Of a stretch of 64,000 nt of DNA, positions 58,044-64,000 are shown piece by piece. The notes beneath the pieces were generated by a model. It was not told the origin of the DNA, did not search any database, and saw only the letters and a program-made list of their open reading frames with translations. Source of the DNA: an uncultured delta proteobacterium (GTDB lineage Bacteria; Myxococcota_A; Polyangia; Polyangiales; Polyangiaceae). The stretch spans positions 64,001-128,000 of the forward strand of contig CAVQUB010000032.1 of the NCBI GenBank assembly GCA_963716725.1. Reading direction: 5' to 3'. Each line of letters starts with the position of its first letter. The stretch's first letter is position 1. The position numbers and the translations under genes were made by a program.

Positions 58044-58565
58044 GTGAGCTATCGCGAACCACAGGAGGCGCTGCGAGCAGAGCTCGCCCTGGCCCGGGAA
58101 GAGCAGGCGACGACGCGCCGCGAACGCTCCGCGATCGACCAGAAGCTCGCTCGGGCCGAGAAAGCTCTGGCGGCCTATCGCAAGACCACGGGAACGCCAG
58201 TCACCGATGGCGCCCGCGGCGCCCGCATCCTGGTCGGCATTGGTGTGGCGCTATGGGGCAGCGCGATTGTGGCTGCTATCCAGGACAACCACGACCTCGC
58301 CCGAGTACTGGCCGTGGCTTTCACGGCCTTCGCCCTCTTCGCTCCGCTCGGCGTCTGGGCGGCCGTGCAGCGATTGGGCACTGGGATCGTGTTCGTTTGC
58401 GCGAAGATCATTTTGCCTCTGGGCGTTGCCAACCTCGTGACGTTCAAGCGCGCCGCGAGGTCCCACGACATCGATTCGCTTTTCTGGTGGGGACCGGTCG
58501 TGCTGCTGTGCGTACTTCTGTTCGAGAGCGTCCGGCTGGTTCGGCCCCCGGAGCGCCGACCCTAG
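58044..58565 (+). CDS. Hypothetical membrane protein (coiled coil + 4 TM)
   Basis: MSYRE start, helical N-terminus, four hydrophobic segments. Confidence 0.72.
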   Translation: MSYREPQEALRAELALAREEQATTRRERSAIDQKLARAEKALAAYRKTTGTPVTDGARGARILVGIGVALWGSAIVAAIQDNHDLARVLAVAFTAFALFAPLGVWAAVQRLGTGIVFVCAKIILPLGVANLVTFKRAARSHDIDSLFWWGPVVLLCVLLFESVRLVRPPERRP

Positions 58566-58630
58566 CCCCGCAATGGGATTCTGAGCCCAGGCCCTCGGCG
58601 CCGGGGCCCCGGCAGGCTACGCTCCGGCGA

Positions 58631-59698
58631 ATGGTGTCGCTCTGCCGCCGAGTCTTCGCCGTTGCCGCGCTCTCCGCTTGGCCTGCGAACGCAGCCTGGG
58701 TGGTCGACGTGCCGCTGACGAGCGGCGCCGGCGCTGCGGATGCGTTCGTGAAGAGCCATGGAGGAAAGCTCCAAGGCGGTACGTTTTCCGGCCAGGGTTG
58801 GACGACGACGAGCCGCAGCGACTCGATGGAGATCCCGCTCCCCGCCGGCATCGACGCGCGACGCGGCAAGCTCACAGTAACCTTTGCCAACCCCGAGCTC
58901 TCCGGGCCAAAGGGGTTCTTCGAGAGCTGGGTGCTCGTGTCCGTCGACACTTCCGGCGTGCCGTTCGCGCCCATCCAAGCAGGTCAGGCGGGGGTGCAGG
59001 TCCTGTACCTTGCGTACAACGAATTCGACGAAACACTCGCGCAAGCGCGCGCCTACTTCAACCTGTACGATCCGAGTTGTACGGATTGGAAACTCTGCAC
59101 CGCTGAAGGCGCTTCCAAGAAGGGTTGGCTCGCCGGAGCTGGCGAGTTCACGAGCGATCAGACTTGGGATGGCCCCAAGGACGCGCTGTCGTTCACGCCG
59201 GGCGGAGGTGCCAAGCAGATCGACCTCAGCGCGACTTCTCCCTCCGGGGCCATCAGCGGGAAGAACCTTGTGCTTTCCATCAACGCCTGCGGTGGTTCGA
59301 AGTCGAATGCTTGTGGGCTTTGGGACGGTGCGACGCACGGGGGGCCGCTGGGCATCACGTATTCGATGGTGAGACTCGAGTTGAGCGACGCGCCGGGCGG
59401 AGTCGACGCCGGCGCAGAGGGAGGGGTGGATGCGGCCAGTGAAGCGGCCGCGGGAGGGAGCGCCGGCGCCGGCGGTTCTCGGTCAACGGCCGGTGCAGCC
59501 GGAACCGCGGCGGCCGGCGGCACCGGTGGGGGCAGCCCTTCAGTCGGAGGCGCCGGCACGGTGGCGGGGGGCGACGCGGACGCTGGATGCGGGTGCCGTA
59601 TCGGGCGCCGGCAGCTGGGTTTTGGCCTCTTCGTGGCTGCCTTGGCGTTCTTCATTCGGCGTCGGCGCGGCCCCCTGAACCCCTGGTCCGCTGTCTAG
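58631..59698 (+). CDS. Surface protein with MYXO-CTERM sorting signal
   Basis: Signal peptide; Gly/Ala linker; DAGCGCRIG...hydrophobic...RRRR. Confidence 0.82.
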   Translation: MVSLCRRVFAVAALSAWPANAAWVVDVPLTSGAGAADAFVKSHGGKLQGGTFSGQGWTTTSRSDSMEIPLPAGIDARRGKLTVTFANPELSGPKGFFESWVLVSVDTSGVPFAPIQAGQAGVQVLYLAYNEFDETLAQARAYFNLYDPSCTDWKLCTAEGASKKGWLAGAGEFTSDQTWDGPKDALSFTPGGGAKQIDLSATSPSGAISGKNLVLSINACGGSKSNACGLWDGATHGGPLGITYSMVRLELSDAPGGVDAGAEGGVDAASEAAAGGSAGAGGSRSTAGAAGTAAAGGTGGGSPSVGGAGTVAGGDADAGCGCRIGRRQLGFGLFVAALAFFIRRRRGPLNPWSAV

Positions 59699-59764
59699 GA
59701 CGCACACCGGCTTGCTAGACAGGACGGAAATCCCAGAGGTTCATGCTAGAGCGGGGCAACCGAC

Positions 59765-61066
59765 ATGAAGTTGCGTTTCGTCTATCCCAAGTTTGCCCGC
59801 CACGCCGATCACAACCCGGAGCTGCGCGAGCACGTCCCGTGCAACGAATACTTCGGACCTCCGTCACTCGGGATCGCTTGTCTCGCTGCCGTCACGCCGG
59901 CCGAGTGGCAAGTGGAGTTCCGAGACGAACGCGTCGAGGACGTCGGTCTCGACGACTGCGCCGACATCGATCTCATCGCGATCTCGTTCTTCACGCCGGC
60001 GGCCACTCGCGCGATCGAGCTGGCTGACGAGTTCCGCAAGCGCGGCAAGAAGGTCGTCGTCGGCGGAATCTTCCCGACGATGATGCCTGAGGTGGTGGCG
60101 CCCCACGCCGACTCGGTCGTGATGCACGAAGGTGAAGGCGTCTGGCCTCAGGTGTTGGCCGATGTCAAGGCTGGCAAGCTGCAGAAGCGCTACCACGGGC
60201 TGCCGGGCGTCGACCCCGCGACCTTGCCCATGCCTCGAGTCGATCTCTACCTCGACAAAGAGAACGACGAATACAAGCCTGACGACTACCCGCTGCAGAT
60301 CGCTCGTGGCTGCCCGCTCAACTGCTTCGCCTGTGTGCTCCCGACCAGCATGGGCAAAAAGATGCGCCATTTCGGCACCGAGCACGCTCTGGGGCAGATC
60401 GACCAGCTGGCGAAGCGCGGCAAGCTCGCCTCACTGACCGAGGACACCAGCCTGTTCTTCGGATCGGGTGCCTCCCGACGCTTCGGGGCCTTGCTCGACG
60501 CCATCGCCGAGCGCGAGGGGCCGGCGCCCTTCAGCTACCTCGGCACCAGCATGCCGATGGTGCGCGTCACCTCGAGTGAGTTCCTCACGCGCATGCGCAC
60601 CGCCGGCATCAACATGTTCTACCTGGTCGGAGGCTTCGACCCCTTCACCATGAAGGCCTTCACCGGCAAGGAGCCGGACGCGCTCCAGAAGGCCCACGAC
60701 GCCGTCCAGAAGTGCTTCGACCACGGCATCGAGCCCTACACCTCGTTCTTGGTCGGTAACGACGATGACGACGAGGGAACCATGGACCGCATGCTCGAGT
60801 TCGCCAACAAGGCGAAGATCCGCAAGGCCGAGTTCGCGGTCATGACGCCCTATCCCGGGACCCGCGTGTGGCACCGGCTGGTCGAAGAGGGGCGGATACT
60901 GCACCGCCGCTGGGACCGCTACAACGACGCCAACGTGGTGTTCCAGCCCAAGCACATGAGCCCCGAGCGGCTGCACGAGGGCTACATCTACCTCTGGAAA
61001 GAGTTCTACAAGTCGCGTCAGGAGCTGCGTGAGCTCGGACAGACCGAGCGAACCATTCAGTTCTGA
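59765..61066 (+). CDS. B12-binding radical SAM protein
   Basis: PPSLG, VVVGGIFPT, EGE; RGCPLNCFAC; TPYPGT. Confidence 0.93.
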   Translation: MKLRFVYPKFARHADHNPELREHVPCNEYFGPPSLGIACLAAVTPAEWQVEFRDERVEDVGLDDCADIDLIAISFFTPAATRAIELADEFRKRGKKVVVGGIFPTMMPEVVAPHADSVVMHEGEGVWPQVLADVKAGKLQKRYHGLPGVDPATLPMPRVDLYLDKENDEYKPDDYPLQIARGCPLNCFACVLPTSMGKKMRHFGTEHALGQIDQLAKRGKLASLTEDTSLFFGSGASRRFGALLDAIAEREGPAPFSYLGTSMPMVRVTSSEFLTRMRTAGINMFYLVGGFDPFTMKAFTGKEPDALQKAHDAVQKCFDHGIEPYTSFLVGNDDDDEGTMDRMLEFANKAKIRKAEFAVMTPYPGTRVWHRLVEEGRILHRRWDRYNDANVVFQPKHMSPERLHEGYIYLWKEFYKSRQELRELGQTERTIQF

Positions 61067-61089
61067 GCTGACCCCGCGCTCCGCCCCTC

Positions 61090-61665
61090 ATGGCCACGAC
61101 CCTCGAGGATCTTCTTTCGATGTCGAACGCCGAGCGCTTCGAGATCGTGCGACGCGCGGCGCCCTTGGATCTCGAAGCAATCGCCGACACGACCTACACC
61201 GGCGTCGATCTCTCGATGCCGGCGCTCTTCCAGCGCCTGTTTTGGCGCTCGTTCCGCAAGACCTTCCACCGCGACCCGGTGAGCGGCCGGCTCCGCGGGT
61301 GGAACGTCAAGGTCGAGCAGACCGGGTGGGATAGGCCGCCGGCGCCGAAGCGCGACCGTCGCGGCGTCGCCCTCAGCTTCGGGCACTACGAGGTTCGCTC
61401 CGCGTCGGGGCTGCGCTTCCCGCGTGGGTGGACTGGCGAGCACTACCTCGACTACCGGGTGGCGGGGAACCGCTTTGGCGACTTGCCCTCGCGCGCCGGC
61501 TACTGTCCGCTCGTCAGCGTGAACCCCAGCGACAGCGATTTGCTCTTGGGCTGGGAGGTCTTCAACTTTGGCGGCGTGCTGGTTCCGCTGAATGATTTCT
61601 GGGCGCTGAAGCGCGAAGGCCCGATCGCGCCCGGCGACATTCTCCCTCGACCGGACGGACGCTGA
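61090..61665 (+). CDS. Hypothetical protein
   Basis: Clean ORF in operon; FRKTF, GWNV, FGHY, LDY, LLLG motifs. Confidence 0.75.
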   Translation: MATTLEDLLSMSNAERFEIVRRAAPLDLEAIADTTYTGVDLSMPALFQRLFWRSFRKTFHRDPVSGRLRGWNVKVEQTGWDRPPAPKRDRRGVALSFGHYEVRSASGLRFPRGWTGEHYLDYRVAGNRFGDLPSRAGYCPLVSVNPSDSDLLLGWEVFNFGGVLVPLNDFWALKREGPIAPGDILPRPDGR

Positions 61666-61722
61666 CTCGGCTGGCTGGCGATCGCGTTGACGCGTGTCGC
61701 GGCGGGTGAGAGCGTCGATGGC

Positions 61723-62769
61723 GTGAAGCGAGGGTGGTTCGTGGCGGCCTTTGCGCTGGTCGGGGTGGGAGGCTATCTCGTGGCGTGGCCCGTCCCCTTC
61801 GAGCCCGTGGCCTGGTCGCCAGCGCGGGCACCCAGCCTTCCGGCCAACGACGCGCTGGCGAAGGTAGAGCGAATCGGTGGCGATCTCCCGGGGCCGGAGA
61901 GCATCGCCATCGACGCCGAAGGGAGCATCTTCACCGGGCTCGGCGACGGACGCGTCGTCCAAGTTGCGCGAGATGGGACCGTCACGCTGATGGCCACGAC
62001 CGGGGGGCGGCCGCTCGGCATGCAGTTCGACCGAACGGGTCGCCTGATCGTCGCCGATGCCGTGAGGGGTCTCCTGGCGATTGCGAAGGATGGATCCATC
62101 AGCGTGCTCGCGACGGAGCAGGGCGGCGTTCCCTTCCGTTTCGTCGATGATCTCGAGATCGCCTCCGACGGCACGATCTATTTCAGCGACGCGAGCCATC
62201 GCTTCGGCGTGCACGACTTTCGCGACGACGCGCTCGAGCACCGTCCGAACGGTCGGCTGCTCGCGTACCACCCCGACGGACGCACCGAGTTGATCAGGGG
62301 CGAGCTCTTTTTCGCCAATGGCGTCGCGCTCTCCGCCGACGAGTCATTCGTGCTCGTCAACGAGACCTGGGCTTACCGCGTGACGCGGATCTGGCTCAGC
62401 GGAGAGCGGCGCGGGACGAGCGAGGTGTTCGCGGACAACCTGCCGGGTTTTCCGGACAACATCACGCGCTCACCGCGCGGAGATCGCTTCTGGTTGGCGC
62501 TCTTCGCGCCCCGAAACCCCCGGCTGGACTCCTTGGCCGACAAGCCCTTCTTGCGCAAGGTCGTGGCTCGGTTGCCGGCCGCGCTTCAACCCAAACCGGC
62601 CCGCCACGCCATCGTGCTCGCGCTCGACGAAAATGGCGCCATCGTCGAAAATCTGCAAGATCCGACCGCCACTTCGTACTCGCCGATCACCAGCGCGCTC
62701 GAACACGGAGGGCAGCTGTACTTGGGCAGTCTTTGGCGCAGAGAAATTGCGGTTCTACCGGCGCCTTGA
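61723..62769 (+). CDS. Strictosidine synthase-like / SMP-30 family beta-propeller
   Basis: GPESI, GRPLG, DGTIYFSDAS, FANGVAL, LPGFPDNI. Confidence 0.93.
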   Translation: MKRGWFVAAFALVGVGGYLVAWPVPFEPVAWSPARAPSLPANDALAKVERIGGDLPGPESIAIDAEGSIFTGLGDGRVVQVARDGTVTLMATTGGRPLGMQFDRTGRLIVADAVRGLLAIAKDGSISVLATEQGGVPFRFVDDLEIASDGTIYFSDASHRFGVHDFRDDALEHRPNGRLLAYHPDGRTELIRGELFFANGVALSADESFVLVNETWAYRVTRIWLSGERRGTSEVFADNLPGFPDNITRSPRGDRFWLALFAPRNPRLDSLADKPFLRKVVARLPAALQPKPARHAIVLALDENGAIVENLQDPTATSYSPITSALEHGGQLYLGSLWRREIAVLPAP

Positions 62770-62804
62770 TCGGATTTCTGTCCCCGCGACCTACCAGCGC
62801 TGAC

Positions 62805-62915
62805 AGGACGCTCGAGCAGTTGAGGGAGCGTCCCCAGGGCATCACGCTGGAGCTGCCGATTCGGCACCGCAAATACAGTGAAGCCTTCTTGGATCATGGG
62901 CACGCTCCGGTGCCG
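62805..62915 (+). pseudogene. Possible relic fragment of a molybdopterin oxidoreductase gene
   Basis: TLEQLRERPQGITLELPIRHRKY / SEAFLDHGHAPVP recalled as similar to an internal segment of that family; no credible start. Confidence 0.35.
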
Positions 62916-63113
62916 CTCGGAGACACGCCGCCTGACTCCAGCTCGGGCTCCGACGCGCTGAAGCGGGTCCCTTGCGACGCCAAACCGCTCCGCTGACGCG
63001 GGCCCGCTCGATCGACATCCTAGGGCTTGAGTGGCGTCGTTGCAGGCGCTATCGAGCGCCATTTGGCTTGCGACCCGGTGCTCGCGAAGATCAGCGCTTG
63101 AAGATCGCGGAGA

Positions 63114-64000
63114 ATGTTCGGACAGTGGGCTAGCGCCGCTGCATCGGCGCAGCTCGCCATGTCGAACATCTCCGCCACTTCAGCGCGTGTCGTCGGGGCC
63201 ACGCTCCCCGAGCCGGGCTCGCCCTGGCTGGCGGGGCTGTACCTCGTACTGGCGCTCCTGGGCGGCCACCTGGTCGCGTCGCTTCTCCTGTTTGTCCTGA
63301 AGCGCTGGGCTGGCCGAACCGACACGCACATCGACGACGCCATCGTGGACTTGATGCCCGCGCCGCTCCGCGCGCTCGGAACGCTCGTGGGTGGCCGGCT
63401 TGTCTTGCCCTTGGTTGGGCTCCCAGCGTCGGCGTCGGCGCCGGTCGCGCACGCCCTCCTGGTCGGGATGATATTGGCGGGCGGTTGGGTCCTGGTCAAA
63501 GGCGTCAGGGTCTTTGAAGCGGCCGCAAACCGCCGCGTCGAAGGCGGGGAGAGCGACGATCTGCACGCACGGGCGGTGCGCACGCAGGTGCGTGGTGTGC
63601 GCAACATCGCGGACTTCGTCGTGTTCATTGTCGCTCTGGGCTTCGCGCTCACGACCTTCGAATCGGTGCGTCAAATCGGCAACGGAGTGCTCGCCTCCGC
63701 GGGTCTTGCCGGCGTCGTCTTGGGGTTTGCAGCTCAGAAGACCTTGGCGACGCTGCTGGCCGGTATTCAGCTCACCGTCACGCAACGCATCCGCGTCGAC
63801 GACATCGTCGTCGTCGAGGGCCAGTGGGGCAGCATCGAAGAGATCCGTCTGACCTACGTCGTGGTGCGGATCTGGGACAAGCGCCGATTGATCCTACCGG
63901 CCTCATACTTCATCGAGAAGCCTTTCGAGAACTGGACGCGGTCGTCCACGGATCTCTTGGGCACGGTCCACCTGTGGCTCGACTACAGCGTGCCCGTCGA
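63114..64000 (+). CDS. mscS: MscS-family mechanosensitive channel; runs off the right edge
   Basis: Not in ORF track. LASAGLAGVVLGFAAQKTL..LLAGIQL...IRVDDIVVVEGQWGSIEEIRLTYVVVRIWD. Confidence 0.93.
   Translation, partial: MFGQWASAAASAQLAMSNISATSARVVGATLPEPGSPWLAGLYLVLALLGGHLVASLLLFVLKRWAGRTDTHIDDAIVDLMPAPLRALGTLVGGRLVLPLVGLPASASAPVAHALLVGMILAGGWVLVKGVRVFEAAANRRVEGGESDDLHARAVRTQVRGVRNIADFVVFIVALGFALTTFESVRQIGNGVLASAGLAGVVLGFAAQKTLATLLAGIQLTVTQRIRVDDIVVVEGQWGSIEEIRLTYVVVRIWDKRRLILPASYFIEKPFENWTRSSTDLLGTVHLWLDYSVPV

Overview
High-GC chromosomal segment with the hallmarks of Myxococcota, probably Polyangiaceae-like: a MYXO-CTERM tail, many Gly-linker/Cys-rich lipoproteins and two vWA lipoproteins. 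I saw no rRNA, tRNA, CRISPR array, integrase or transposase. Bases 1-23.5 kb form a low-oxygen/stress block: a globin-coupled sensor missing from the ORF track, three universal stress proteins, three CBS proteins, an acyltransferase/epimerase pair, a His-motif lipoprotein and a complete group 3b [NiFe]-hydrogenase (beta-cNMP-gamma-delta-alpha-protease-hypA-hypF, then hypCDE, with no hypB in the window). A vWA lipoprotein and DUF47-pit split the hyp genes. Six sigma-54 (-24/-12) promoters serve this block across four intergenic regions. Each region carries a pair of exact or degenerate GCGCA-N5-TGCGC palindromes about 30 bp apart, which points to one enhancer-binding-protein regulon. The rest of the window holds a TetR/ABC/HlyD/TolC efflux operon, TetR-M28 peptidase-class A beta-lactamase, a NarX-like kinase, a PolX-like HhH protein paired with a basic protein, a cytochrome c-rhodanese fusion, a MauG-type diheme protein opposite a phosphoesterase, a B12 radical SAM operon and MscS. 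Many genes show a leaderless TANNNT-(6-8 nt)-start signature. Several single-base frameshifts look like assembly errors. All calls come from reading motifs by eye; no database search was run.
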